Assembly (NCBI GenBank): GCA_030390025.1 | Contig: CM059431.1 | Span: 128,776,001 to 128,840,000, forward strand | Length of the DNA stretch: 64,000 nucleotides | Origin: Squalus acanthias | Taxonomy: Eukaryota | Reading direction: 5' to 3' | Shown: positions 34,467-46,760 of the stretch, piece by piece | Numbering within the stretch: position 1 is the first letter of the stretch | Layout: every line of letters starts with the position of its first letter | The notes under the pieces: generated by a model | What the model was told of the DNA's origin: nothing | Seen by the model: the letters and a program-made list of their open reading frames with translations, nothing else | Database searches by the model: none | Position numbers and translations under genes: made by a program

Positions 34467-35140
34467 TTGCTCCCTAACAGGTTCACAGTTCTGGAAACTG
34501 ATGAGGGTGATGGTTCCTCTGGGGAGAGTAGCCAGAGCCAAGATCCCGGCCCCACAGGTGGCTCAGCTGCACGGGGGGTGGGGGGGGGGGGGTGGTGCGG
34601 GGGTGGCGGTGGGGGGAGGAAGAAGATTGGAAGAGCAATAGTGATAGGGGATTCATTAGTTAGGGGAACAGATAGGTGTTTCTGTGGATGCAGGCGTGAC
34701 TCCACGATGGTATGTTACCTCCGTGGTGCCCGGGTCAAGGATGTCACTGAACGGCTGCAGGACACTCTGAGGGGGGAGGGTAAACAGCCAGCGGTCGTTG
34801 TCCATATCGGTACTAACGACACAGGCAGAAAGAGGGATGAGGCCCTGCAGGCAGACTACAGGGAGCTAGGAAAGAGATTAAAAAGCAGGACCTCAAAGGT
34901 AGTAATCTCCGGATTACTCCCGGTGCCACATGCTAGTGAGTACAGGAATAGGAGGATAGAACAGATGAATGCGTAGCTGGAGAGATGGTGCAGGAGGGAG
35001 GGCTTTAGATTCCTGAGGCATTGGGACCATTTCTGGGGAAGGTGGGACCTGTACAAGCCGGACAAGGTTACACCTCAACAGAGCCGGGACCAATATTCTC
35101 GCAGGAAGGTTTGCTAGTGCTGTTGGGAAGGGTTTAAACT
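34467..35140 (+). pseudogene. CR1 ORF1 SGNH/GDSL esterase-like domain
   Basis: NRFTVL, VIGDSLVRG, GARVKDV, VVHIGTND, VVISGLLPV, LHLN. Confidence 0.88.
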
Positions 35141-35463
35141 AGCTTGGCAGGGGGATTGGCACCAGCATATAGGAGTAGAAAGAGGAATAAGGTGCATAAA
35201 AGAGTGAGTGTGTTGAATAGTACTAGAGAAGAAAGTAGTACTAGAAGCGGAAGTAGTAACATATTAGATAGGAGCAGACTAAGAAAGACTACGAAAAATT
35301 CAAAAATGGGTTTAGAATGCATGTACGTAAATGCACAAAGTGTGGTGAATAAGGTTGGTGAGCTACAAGCACAATTAGCCATGTGGCAATATGATGTTGT
35401 GGCAATAATGGAAACGTGGCTTAAAAACGGTGAGGACTGGGCACTTAATATTCAAGATACAAG

Positions 35464-38400
35464 GGGCGCGATCTTACCAGCCCTGGGGAGGCGGGTTTGG
35501 AGGCGGGACTGCTGGGAAAATGGCAGAATCTGGGGGCGGGTACCCATCCCGCCCCCAACCCGCCTCCGTGCCATCTTGCCAGGAGGTGGGTAGCCGACCC
35601 GCGCCGGGTCCCGTCTCCTGGAGGCGGGAAGGGGATTACAGCCACTTAACGGCCTGTTAACAGATAGTTACCAGGCAGTTAAGAGGATTCAATTAGAGGG
35701 TGAGAAGGTTGGATCTCAAACAAGCGTGCTAAGCTTGAATAAAGGAGACTATGAAGGTATGCGAGCGGAATTGAGTAGAGTGGATTGGGAAAATAGATTA
35801 AAGGGTAAGACGACACATGATCAGTGGTGTACATTCAAGGAGTTATTTTACAACTTCCAAAAAAAATATATTCCACTGAAAAGAAAAGGGTGTAAAAGAA
35901 AGGACAGTCATCCGTGGCTAAGTAAAGAAATTAAGGATAGTATTCGACTAAAAACAAAGGCATATAAGGTAGCGAAATCTAGTGGGAGGACAGAGGATTG
36001 GGAAAACTTTAAAAGGCAGCAAAAAATAACAAAAAGATTGATTAAGAAAGGGAAGATAGATTATGAAAGTAAATTAGCAAAAAATATAAAAACAGATAGT
36101 AAGAGTTTTTATAGTTATATAAAAAGAAAAAGGGTGGCTAAAGTAAATGTTGGTCCCTTAGAGGATGAGACCGGGAAATTAATGGTGGGAAATATGGAGA
36201 TGGCAAAAACACTGAATGAATATTTTGTATCAGTCTTTACAGTAGAGGACACTAAGAATATCCCAACACTGGACAAACAGGGGGCTATAGGGGGAGAGGA
36301 GCTAAACACGATCAAAATCACTAAGGAAGTGGTACTCGGTAAAATAATGGGACTCAAGGCGGATAAATCACCTGGACCTGATGGCTTACATCCGAGAGTC
36401 TTGAAGGAAGTGGCGGTAGGGATTGTAGATGCATTGGTAATAATTTTTCAAAACTCCCTGGATTCCGCTAAGGTCCCGGCAGACTGGAAAACTGCTAATG
36501 TAACACCCTTATTTAAAAAGGGCAGTAGACAGAAGGCTGGTAACTATAGACCGGTTAGCCTAACATCTGTGGTAGGTAAAATTTTGGAGTCCATTATTAA
36601 GGAAACAGTAACAGGACATTTGGATAATCATAATTTAATAGGACAAAGTCAGCATGGTTTTACGAAGGGGAAGTCATGTTTGACAAATTTGCTGGAGTTC
36701 TTTGAGGAAGTAACATATAGAGTGGATAAAGGGGAACCAGTGGACGTAGTGTATTTAGACTTCCAAAAGGCATTTGACAAGGTGCCACACAAAAGATTAT
36801 TGCTTAAGGTAAAAAATCACGGGATTGGGGGTAATATTCTGGCATGGATAGAGGATTGGCTATCTAACAGAAAGCAAAGAGTTGGGATAAATGGTTCATT
36901 CTCAGACTGGCAATCAGTAACTAGTGGTGTTCCACAGGGGTCAGTGCTGGGTCCCCAACTCTTCACAATCTATATTAACGATTTGGAGGAAGGGACCAAG
37001 TGTAACATATCAAAATTTGCAAATGATACAAAGATGGGAGGGAAAGTAGTGAGTGAGGAGGACATAAAAAACCTGCAAGGGGACATAGACAGGCTAAGTA
37101 AGTGGGCAGAGATTTGGCAGATGGAATACAACACTGGAAAGTGTGAGGTGATGCACTTTGGCAGGAAAAATCCTAGAGCAATTTATTATCTTAATGGCAA
37201 GAAACTGGAGAGTACTGAAGTGCAAAGGGATCTGGGGGTCCTGGTGCACGAAACTCAAAAGGTTAGTATGCAGGTGCAGCAAGTGATTAAGAAAGCAAAT
37301 GGAATGTTGGCTTTCATTGCTAGGGGGATAGAATATAAAAATAGGGAGGTATTGCTTCAGTTGTACAAGGTATTGGTGAGACCGCACCTGGAATACTGCA
37401 TACAGTTTTGGTGTCCTTACTTAAGGAAAGACATCCTTGCTCTCGAGGCAGTGCAAAAAAGGTTCACTCGGTTAATCCCGGGGATGAGGGGGTGGTCATA
37501 TGAGGAGAGGTTGGGTAGATTGGGACTCTACTCATTGGAGTTCAGAAGAATGAGAGGCGATCTTATTGAAACATATAAGATTGTGAAGGGGTTGGATCGG
37601 GTGGATGCGGGGAGGATGTTCCCGATGACGGGTGAGACGAGAACTAGGGGACATAGTCTTAGAATAAGGGGCTGCTCTTTCAAAACTGAGATGAGGAGGA
37701 ACTACTTCACTCAGAGGGTGGTAGGTCCATGGAATATGCTGCCACAAAAAGCTGTAGAAGCTACAACATTAATTAAATTTAAAACAGAAATAGACAGTTT
37801 CCTAGAAGTAAAGGGCATTAAGGGTTACGGGGAGCGGGCAGGAATTTGGACATGAGTCTAGGTTCGGATCGGTCATGGCCCTGTGGGTAGTGGAGCGGGC
37901 CCAGGGACTGTGTAGCCTGATTCTGCTCCTATTTCGTGTGTGCAATTCTGTTAGAGGCAGGAGATGGTTCTGTGATAGATAGTAGATTGGCGGTTAGGAT
38001 CAGATCAGCCATGATCTTATTGAATGGCGGAGCAGGCTCGAGGGGCCGATTGGCCTACTCCTGCTCCTATTTCTTATGTTCTTATGTTCTTATGTTCTTA
38101 TTCTCTCCATTTTTCCAACAGAGACGCGGGCTTCCCAACGTCGGGAAACCCCGCCAGGGACACCGAGGCGAGCAGTGAGTCTGCGGGGTCCAAAAGTGCA
38201 CTGTGAAGGTAAGTGATGTGGAGAGCTAAGTATGTGAGGTGAGTGGAAAGTGATAGAAAATGTTTACTTACCTTTGTTTCTTCCTGCAGGCTTCAACAGT
38301 TGGGGATGCAGCGAGTCTCGCATCTCACCGGCCGAAATGACAGATGGCTGCTGCATTCTCCGATGCAACAACCATCTAATTTCTACAAAAGAAAGAGGTT

Positions 38401-38684
38401 TGAAGAGACTTGAATACAAGGACTCATCAAACAACATAGAATGTCAGTGATTAACAGTTTCACAGAGCTGTCAAATGATGACAATTCATCAATTTTTGAC
38501 AGATGAAACGTCATACGCTGACGTTCTCTGTAACCGGCTTCCCCATAATTGGCCTGCTAAGCCAGCTGGGCGGGCTTAACAAGGTCAATCAAGGGAAAAT
38601 AGCGTGGGTTGGCCACAAGTCGATGGAGGCGGGACAACCATCCGACAAGCAGCAGTCCCGCCTCCAATACGCAAAATCAACCCC
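35464..38684. mobile_element. Harbinger-type non-autonomous element split by a younger CR1
   Basis: Termini GGGCGCGATCTT / AAAATCAACCCC; TSD AAG (35461-35463 and 38685-38687). Confidence 0.75.
35726..37855 (+). CDS. CR1 ORF2 RT region, uninterrupted 709 aa but 5'-truncated (no endonuclease), FADD changed to FAND
   Basis: All CR1 RT motifs present; element about 35690-38100 with (TATGTTCT)n tail. Confidence 0.93.
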   Translation: MLSLNKGDYEGMRAELSRVDWENRLKGKTTHDQWCTFKELFYNFQKKYIPLKRKGCKRKDSHPWLSKEIKDSIRLKTKAYKVAKSSGRTEDWENFKRQQKITKRLIKKGKIDYESKLAKNIKTDSKSFYSYIKRKRVAKVNVGPLEDETGKLMVGNMEMAKTLNEYFVSVFTVEDTKNIPTLDKQGAIGGEELNTIKITKEVVLGKIMGLKADKSPGPDGLHPRVLKEVAVGIVDALVIIFQNSLDSAKVPADWKTANVTPLFKKGSRQKAGNYRPVSLTSVVGKILESIIKETVTGHLDNHNLIGQSQHGFTKGKSCLTNLLEFFEEVTYRVDKGEPVDVVYLDFQKAFDKVPHKRLLLKVKNHGIGGNILAWIEDWLSNRKQRVGINGSFSDWQSVTSGVPQGSVLGPQLFTIYINDLEEGTKCNISKFANDTKMGGKVVSEEDIKNLQGDIDRLSKWAEIWQMEYNTGKCEVMHFGRKNPRAIYYLNGKKLESTEVQRDLGVLVHETQKVSMQVQQVIKKANGMLAFIARGIEYKNREVLLQLYKVLVRPHLEYCIQFWCPYLRKDILALEAVQKRFTRLIPGMRGWSYEERLGRLGLYSLEFRRMRGDLIETYKIVKGLDRVDAGRMFPMTGETRTRGHSLRIRGCSFKTEMRRNYFTQRVVGPWNMLPQKAVEATTLIKFKTEIDSFLEVKGIKGYGERAGIWT

Positions 38685-38870
38685 AAGGTGTTCAGAAAAG
38701 ATAAGGAAGGAATAAAGGGAAGTGGGGTGGCTGTGCTGATTAAGGAAGACATTGTAGTTTTGGAAAGGGAGGATGTTCTTGAGGGGACAGGGACAGAATC
38801 CATTTGTTTAGAGTTGAGGAGCAAAAATGGTATGATCACGCTATTGGGGGTATTTTACAGGCCTCCAAAT

Positions 38871-39175
38871 TAGACCCCCTGTAACTCCACCTCATTGTCT
38901 CAGTTGTATCTTGCTATGTCTTTGATGTGGTGCCTTCCTGGCTGACCTGATTGCCTTTTGTCACACCTCGGCAGATAAACAGTCAGGATGATTAAATGTA
39001 GTCGTCTGCCATTGTAAGTTACACATGCATTGTTCTCTATCTATATATGCTTTGTCGATTTTGTATTTCTTCACTTCACCTGACGAAGGAGCTACGAAAG
39101 CTCCGAAAGCTTGTGATTTCAAATAAAACTGTTGGACTATAACCTGGTGTTGTGCGACTTCTCATTTTTGTCCAA
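38871..39175 (+). mobile_element. Solo Penelope pseudo-LTR fragment
   Basis: 39078-39170 is highly similar to 10938-11030 (TGTTGGACTATAACCTGGTGTTGTGCGACTTCTCATT). Confidence 0.88.
39076..39116 (+). ncRNA. Minimal hammerhead ribozyme motif
   Basis: TCAC-CTGACGA-A-GGAGCT-ACGAA-AGCTCC-GAAA-GCTT-GTGA: stem I TCAC/GTGA and a 6-bp stem II. Confidence 0.82.
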
Positions 39176-39240
39176 TTAGTGAGAGGGAGGTAGAGGAGCA
39201 AATCTGCAAGGAAATCGCAGAGAGATATGCAAGAACTATA

Positions 39241-40084
39241 GGGGGAGAAATTCAGTATCACCCCATTTGGGGCGCAATTATCGGCCGGGCACAAAGATTA
39301 GCGCCTGGTGCTAATTATCGCCTCCGACTGCAAACTTGGCTTTTATTGCCCCTGGAGGTGATTGGAGCGCTAAATCAGGCGTTTAACAACTGTCTTAAGG
39401 CACAAAGGCCGAGGAGCGAGGCGCTACCTCAGAGCGCTGGCGAAGCTCATGTGATGTCAGTCAGCAATGGAACACACACACAATGGCGCCAGCCAGTTCT
39501 TAAAGGGAAGGGTTGATCTTGCTCTCCACCCACATCCTGCTCATTGCAGCCTTGAATCTCGGCCTGGAGAGACCTGTACATCAAATCTGCTGGAAAGAAC
39601 AATGGAGATACCCAGGGAAAGAGCTCAGAGTAAATCGATACAAGGAAGGGCAAATCAAAATGAACCTGCAAAGTGCTGCTCAGTATCCAAAACTCCTTAA
39701 CACAGCATTGAATCTCTCCAGAAGTCTCTCTCTCTCTCTCTCTCTCAGAATGTGTGGTGCAAAAACGTCACCAACAAAAAAAGGCAGGAAGCGGTCGCCT
39801 TTAAATAGCGCTCCCCCAGTCCCTTCCTGACTGCAAAACGCTCCCCTCAACCTGTCGTTGCTAGCAGCAGGCGGTAAGGCAGGGGGCGCTACTCAATATC
39901 CAGTCCGGGGCGCTACCGGGGCATTGCGCACTCGACTGACGTCACGATCTGCCGGCGCAGGAGATCGTGGCGGTAGTGAGTAGCGCCGCCGCAAAATGTC
40001 TAGTTAATGTCGTGAGCAGCGCAAACATCACCGCGCCCTCTTAAGGCGCTAATGGGAGGCGCAAACCAACTGAATTTTTCCCCC
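39241..40084. mobile_element. Harbinger-type MITE (same family as 47667-48441, opposite orientation)
   Basis: TIRs GGGGGAGAAATTCAG / CTGAATTTTTCCCCC; TSD ATA. Confidence 0.88.
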
Positions 40085-42051
40085 ATAGAGTGGTGATATT
40101 GGGGGACTTTAATTACCCAAATATCGATTGGGATAATGTTAGGGTAAAGGGAAAGAATGGGAAGAAATTTCTGAAATGTGTGCAGGAGAATTTCCTTGAC
40201 CAGTATGTTCTTGGGCCAACTAGGAAGGAGGCATTGCTGGATCTGGTGCTGGGGAATGAGGTGGGCGAGGTCGACCAAGTGTCTGTGGGAGAACACTTGG
40301 GAATGAGTGATCATCGTATCATAAGATTAAGATTAGCAATGGAGAGGAGCAAGAAACAGTCTAGAGTGGAACTTCTAAACTGGAATAGGGCTAATTTCAA
40401 TGGGATGCGAAAAAATCTATCCAGGGTAAAATGGAACCAAAGACTGACAGGAAAAACTGTAACGGAACAATGGGAGATCTTTAAGGAGGAGATGTTCCAA
40501 GTACAGGCTAGGTAGATTCCAACAAGAGGGAAGGGTAAGGGAACCAAAGCAAGGGCTCCTTGGATGACGAGGGAGATAGAGAATATGATGAAATAAAAAA
40601 AGAGGGTGCATGATGCTTGTCAGGTGAATTCTTCAAGGGAGATCTAGACCAAATACAATAAGTTGAGAGGGGAAGTGAAGATGAAAATAAGATTGGCAAA
40701 GAGAGAATATGAGAGTAGAATGGCGGTTTACATAAAAGGGAACCCAAAAATCTTCTACCGGCATGTAAACAGTTAGCGGGTAGTAAGAGGCGGGGTGGGG
40801 CCTATTAGGGATAAAGAAGGTGATATATGCTTAGAGGCGCAGGGAAAGGCTAGAATACTCAATGAGTACTTTGTATCGGTGTTTACTAAGGAGGTGGATG
40901 CTGACAAAATATCGGTAGAAGTGGAAAAGGTAGAAGCAATGGAAGGGGTGAAAATTGATAGACAGGATGTACTAGAAAGGCTGGGTATGCTTAGAGTGGA
41001 TAAGTCGCCTGGTCCAGATGGCTTGCATCCCAGATTGCTAAGGGAATTGGGGGAGGAGATAGCAGAAGGGCTTGCCATAATTTTCCAATCTTCCCTAGAT
41101 GTGGGGGAGGTGCCTGAGGATTGGAAAGTTGCAAATGTGATACCATTGTTCAAGAAAGGGTGTAAGGACAATGCTAGTAACTACAGGCTGGTCAGTTTAA
41201 CATCAGTGGTGGGTAAAGTTTTAGAAACAATAATCAAGGAAAAAATTAACGGGCACTTGGAGAGGTTTAAGCTAATTAAGGAGAGCCAACACGGATTTGT
41301 AAAAGGCAGATCATATTTGACTAATCTAATTGAATTTTTTGATGAAGTAACAGGGAGGATTGATGAAGGGAATGCAATGGATGTTGTCTGCATGGATTGT
41401 CGGAAGGTGTTTGATAAAGTACCACATAGAAGGCTGGCTAACAAAATTGAGGCTCATGGAATAGGTGGGTCAGTGGCAGCTTGGATAAAGAATTGGCTTA
41501 AGGACAGAAAACAGCGAGTTGTGGTAAATGGCTGTTTTTCAGACTGGAGGATGGTAGACAGTGGTGTTCCCCAAGGGTCAGTGCTGAGGCCACTGCTTTT
41601 TTTGATATATATAAATGACCTGGATATTGGAATACAGAGTAGAATTTCTAAATTTGCCGATAACACCAAACTTGGGGGTATGGCAAACAGTGAGGATGAT
41701 ACCAATCGACTGCAACAGGACACAGAAAGGCTAGCAGAATGGGCAGACAAGTGGCAGATGGAATTTAATACAGAGAAGTGTGAGGTGATGTATTTTGGCA
41801 GAAGGAACAGGGAGAGGCAATATACACTTAATGCAGCGAGTGGTGAGGACCTGGAACTCGCTGCCGATAGAAGTGGTGGAAGCGGAGACACTCAATGTTT
41901 TCAAGGGGAGACTGGGTAGGCACTTGAGGGAAATAAACTTGCAGGACTACGGGGATAGAGCGGGGGAATGGGACTGACTGGAATGCTCTACAGAGAGCCA
42001 GCATGGTCTCGATGGGCCGAATGGCCTCCTTCTGTGCTGTTATGACTCTAT

Positions 42052-45000
42052 GCTCGATTTTGCCAAGCCCGAGGAGGCGGGATTGGAGGCGTGTGAGGTG
42101 TTAAAATCGCGAAAAATGGCGGGCGGGCCCGATCCCGCCTCCGAGCAATTTTCCCAAATGCGAGTTTTCTGACCCCGTCTCCATCCCGCCTCCAAGAGGC
42201 GGGATAGGCCCTTAAGGCCCTTAGCAACCTCTATAATCCCATTTTGAGAGGCCTTTCTGTATTTAACACTTTTCCCACAGGTTCACGTCTCCTCTGAAAC
42301 ACGCCAGTGAATCCTGTCGGCCTCACAAGTGGGCTGCTAACTAATAGCTGCAGCTCCACTATTAAAAAGGAGTTTTCAGCAATCATCATTTGCAGGTGGC
42401 AGAACTTTGTTGTCTCAGGTCTGGGGGAACTTTTAGCAGGCATACCCATTGTTGTGGAAGTTTGGAGCCTGACACTCATCTCCAGTGTGACCTCCTGGGA
42501 AACCCCTCTTGCCACCTTGACTGAGCGCTTCCTCAACTGAGGCATATACCAGAAGCATGGGAACCATTTATTTCCTTTCCTCCTGGACATCAGATTCGGA
42601 CGAAGACCAGCCGTGGCAGCAACAGATCCATGAACAACAGCACCACCAACAGCAGCAGCAACAACAGGAGCGCCAAGCTGCTGCTCACCCACCTGAAGCT
42701 GCACAGGCCAGAAGGCGCCAGCGCGCGACCACATTGCTGCCCGGGATGCAAGGGACACACTCCTCTTGGCCAGATTTGCTTAGCCTGCACAATCAAACAC
42801 TTTTGCCTCGCACCTTCTTATCAGTCCATCGACAATGGCCAAGAACCTACGGATTCCTATCACTCTGACCACCATACTGACAATTGCAAGTCATCCTAAG
42901 CCCTCAGTGTGGAAGTCCCATTAGCGATATGACAGTCGCCACAACTGCAACAGTTGCCATCAGAATTTTTTATTTACAATAACCAACTGATGGCTTTTCA
43001 ACATTAAACATGACATTTTATCAAGTGACTACCCTTGTGACTACTTGTGCATTATCTTCCTCTTACGCGTGCTCCTACGTGGTGCTTCCCCTGTGGCTTC
43101 AGCAGATGTGGAGGCCCCTTGTTCACTTTCTTGCTGCTCCTGTCTCGACACCTTTGGCGGGCGTCCTTTGGGGTTGCGAGCTCCTGCTCCTGCGGTTGTG
43201 CAGGGGTTGAGACGCTGATCTCAGTTGGGTGGGGACTCTGGTGGGGCTCTGACCGAGGACTTTGCAGTGGCATGGTCGTGTGAGTGCTTGGAGAGCAGCC
43301 CCCACTTCCTTTTTGACTGCCACCAACATCCTTCTCATGGGTGAGCCCCACTTCAGAGCTGGCAAGTGGCTTGACAGCACCTTGCTGCACTTCAGGGGGG
43401 CCATGAGGACCCGTTTCTGTACTGGAAGTCCTACTCCAGAGGACTTGTCTGAAGGTCTGGTTTGCTTGCTCAATAGCTAACCATCGCTCCTCAAGAGATG
43501 TCAGTCTATTCTGAACAATGACCATGTTTTCCATACCCTGGCGACTAAGCTCCTCGATGGACGTCGCCATCCTTTCCTTTACCGTAGCCATCCTCTCCTC
43601 TGCGGTAGCCAGCCTTACCATGGAGGTAGCCATCCTTTCCACGGAGGTTGCCATCCTTTCCATGGTGATGCGTTCATGCGCCAATGCCGCCACAAAGGCT
43701 CTGCTCATGTTAGCGATGGACTCCTCCATTCGCTCCACACTTGCAGCAAACCTGAAGACAAAACCTGCCAGAGCCTCCTGCACCTCTTCCTGGAGTTCCA
43801 GCACCGCTCTCCTTCTGGATGGACCCGGAGGCAGAGGGTCGACATGCAGCTGAGCCAAGCTGGCAGAGTCCTGCGCCCTCTGACTAGGACTCTCCACTGC
43901 TGTCCCTGTCTCCACCATCTGCTGATGCTCACTTGTGAGCTGTGATACACCAAGTGACAACACTACACTATCTCACAAAGGTACCACCGAGGTGTGAGTG
44001 TCTGCGCTGGTGCTGGGTGTGCTGAATTCTGCTGACGCTGCGCCCTCAGAGGTTGCAGCTTCCTCTGAGGTGTCTGGAGGCTCAGGCTGTTCCTCCTGGA
44101 TAGTGGGGATGGGGGCTTTCGATGGTCCTGTGGGGGAGTAAAGGAAAGAGTCAGAGATGTGAGGCCAAGGTTACATGCACATTGAATATTGCAGATGATC
44201 ATAAGTCAATCTGTTAGAGCATCAGAATCATTATCAGTGACTCATGCAATGTCAGTGAGAGAGATGAAAAACTATTCTGTCACCAGCTTGCTCTGATGCA
44301 CCCGTCTGTCCGTCCCCCACTTGCGCATCGTCCTCCACTCCCATGATCTCCAGGGCCGCCTCCTCCCAGGGGGTGAGCTGGGCTACTGAGGGTGGCCCTC
44401 CTCCTGTCCTCGCTCTTTCCCTCTTATTGTGAGCTCTCTTTTCCTGCAATGAGGGAGACAAGTGGAGTTTGAGTGAGAATGAAGGAGTGAGTGTAGAGAA
44501 TCCATAGCATAGATGCCTAGAAGGAGACAAAGATTCAGTGAGGTGGCAAGACCAAGGGCCCTCCCTGTGTGTTATAATTTGTTTTCATAGCATCACAGCG
44601 ATAGGGAGTGTGAGGGCTGCATAGTCGAATAGTTAGGTGAATGTGACCATACAGAGAGAGGGAATGGGTAAGGGTGCAGGGATGTCAGTGTCAAGTGGGA
44701 TGTGGAGGAAGAGGTTGTCAAAGCTGAGTGCTGGTGAGGAGAGGCAATGGGGATCAGATTGAGGGTGATGGGAAAGTCATACTTACTTTTCCAGTGCGCA
44801 GAAGGTCATGAAACCTCTTCCTGCACTGCAGCCAGGTTCTGCGGCACATAGGTAAGGAGTTGACCTCCTGGGCCACTTGCATCCACACAGCCTTCGTCTG
44901 CTGGGGAGGCTTCTTCCTTTCTGAGGAATGGAAGAGCACCTCCTTATTCCCTCTTGCTCCCTCCACCAGAGCTTGCAGGGCGGCGTCATCAAACCTCGGT

Positions 45001-45306
45001 GCAGACTTAGGTCTACTGCTGGACATTTTGCCTGGAAGAAACTATCAGAGCAAAGGCCAAAAGGTTTGCAGTCTGCAGAAGAAGCAAGGCTGCTTGCAGG
45101 CCTTAAATCCAGTAGCATTGATGATGTCATTGGAGGCGAGTTTCAGAATGGAAAGACTAATTGGGCCAGGGGTTCCCACACGCTGGAAATCAATTGCCCA
45201 ATTAGGGGAAAATCGCATATTTTTCCCACATCAAATTGGAGTCAGGTGGCTAACACGAAAAGCGGATGACACGCCCCCAGCCCGCCCCAATGACAAAATC
45301 GAGCCC
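42052..45306. mobile_element. Non-autonomous Harbinger with near-intact Myb/SANT gene and transposase core deleted
   Basis: TIRs GCTCGATTTTG / CAAAATCGAGC; inserted in the CR1 microsatellite tail, which resumes at 45307. Confidence 0.88.
43052..45026 (-). pseudogene. Three-exon Myb/SANT-like gene (45026-44787, 44443-44284, 44127-43052), single CGA>TGA stop at 43973-43975
   Basis: GT-AG junctions keep frame; Myb/SANT motif, acidic linker, (ERMATSx)n heptads, basic C-terminus. Confidence 0.88.
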
Positions 45307-46569
45307 ATATGACTCTTTGACTATGACTATGTACCTGAGCAATATAAATGGCAATCAGCAATTGCTCTGTGTAAGAATGACAAGGTGAGATCTTATAATT
45401 GGGAAAAAACAAAATAGACCTCTTCAAAACAGCTGAAAATTTGGAGCCAGTGCAGGAACTTGTAGAAGAAACTAAAGAACCACAAGACAAGCTAAACCTC
45501 AAATTAGCAAGGGTGACCAGGACACAGCGATACCCAACCAGAATCCAAAGGCCAACTGTAAAATTAGATTTATAAGGGATAATTTTCCAACTTCACACTC
45601 CTGGTGAGGAGCCTTGCCCGCCAGACCAGATATTGGAAATTTGGGCTGTGCAGCACATGGTTTTCTGACTACTAAATGATTGGAAAATGGCTTGGGAGTG
45701 CCCAATCGAGGAGCCAGCTCTTTTAAGTATCCAGTGAGACAAGAACTGGAACTGTGTCCCAGACTGTCCTGGCCCACTTTAGAGAAAAACCTTGCATGCA
45801 TTCCAACTATTCTACTGAATGATGTTTGGAGGAACTGTTGGAACAAAACCCATCCAAGGAATTTACAGGTATTAACATATTTGTCTGAACATTTCCACGA
45901 GCCAAATTATAAATGGAGCACAAAAGAGAGGTAATGAGGACATTTCAGAAACATTACAACAGGTTCCAAAAGACTGGCAAACTTACATAGCAATGGAGAA
46001 AGATTGATCACTCACTATTCTCGTGCTCAGAGAACTGACTACACTAAGGTATTCATTCTGCTTTTCCATAATCAACAAAATTGAATCACAAACAATGCAT
46101 ATTGTTCTTTTCTTTAAAGCCTTTAGTCAGACTTGCCCTTGCACGTTTAGATTTTAAAAGGTTTTGCGTGGCAAGTTGTCACATTGAAGGAAACCGGACA
46201 TCTGGAACCTGAATGAACAGGGCAAGCAACTGTGCCTCTCCTTAACCAATCAGATTGCAGGATTGTGAAATTAACAGTGCAAGGACTGAGAGGGAAGTGT
46301 AAAATTAGAGTGGGTGAATTCAATGTCAAATCAGGTACAGAAAGATAAACAAAGAGAGGGAAAGAAAGACAGGATTAAGAGAAAAAAAGGAAACAGAAAG
46401 GAAAAGTAAAACATTTTAAATTTTATATTTTACATATTTAAAATCTCCAACAATGATAACCTGAAGGATGGGACTCCACATTTGTAATAGTTCATTTTCA
46501 GTGCCAGAGAAGTGGACCGGCAATAATTAACACTTATTACGTTGTTAAACGGATACTTAGACTTGAAAT

Positions 46570-46760
46570 AGATTACATAGAATTTAAAGCACAGAAACAG
46601 GCCATTCTGTCCAACTGGTCTATGTCAGTGGTTATGCTCCACATGTGCCTCCTCTCACCCTACTTCATCTAACCTTAGCAGCATATTGTTCTATTCCGTT
46701 CTCCCTCATGTACTTATCTAGCTTCCCCTTAAATGCATCTATGGTATTCACCTCAATTAC
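46570..46760 (-). mobile_element. CR1 3' end fragment
   Basis: Reverse complement resembles the CR1 3' UTRs at 31730-31850 and 32565-32610. Confidence 0.65.

Larger units (their letters stand above)
34430..42051 (+). mobile_element. Near full-length decayed CR1 (ORF1 plus ORF2) hosting nested insertions
   Basis: ORF2 resumes across each insertion (NIQ.Y|KVFRKD; YRPPN|SERE; KNY|RVVILGDFNYP); deletion near 41834; TATGACTCT tail. Confidence 0.88.
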
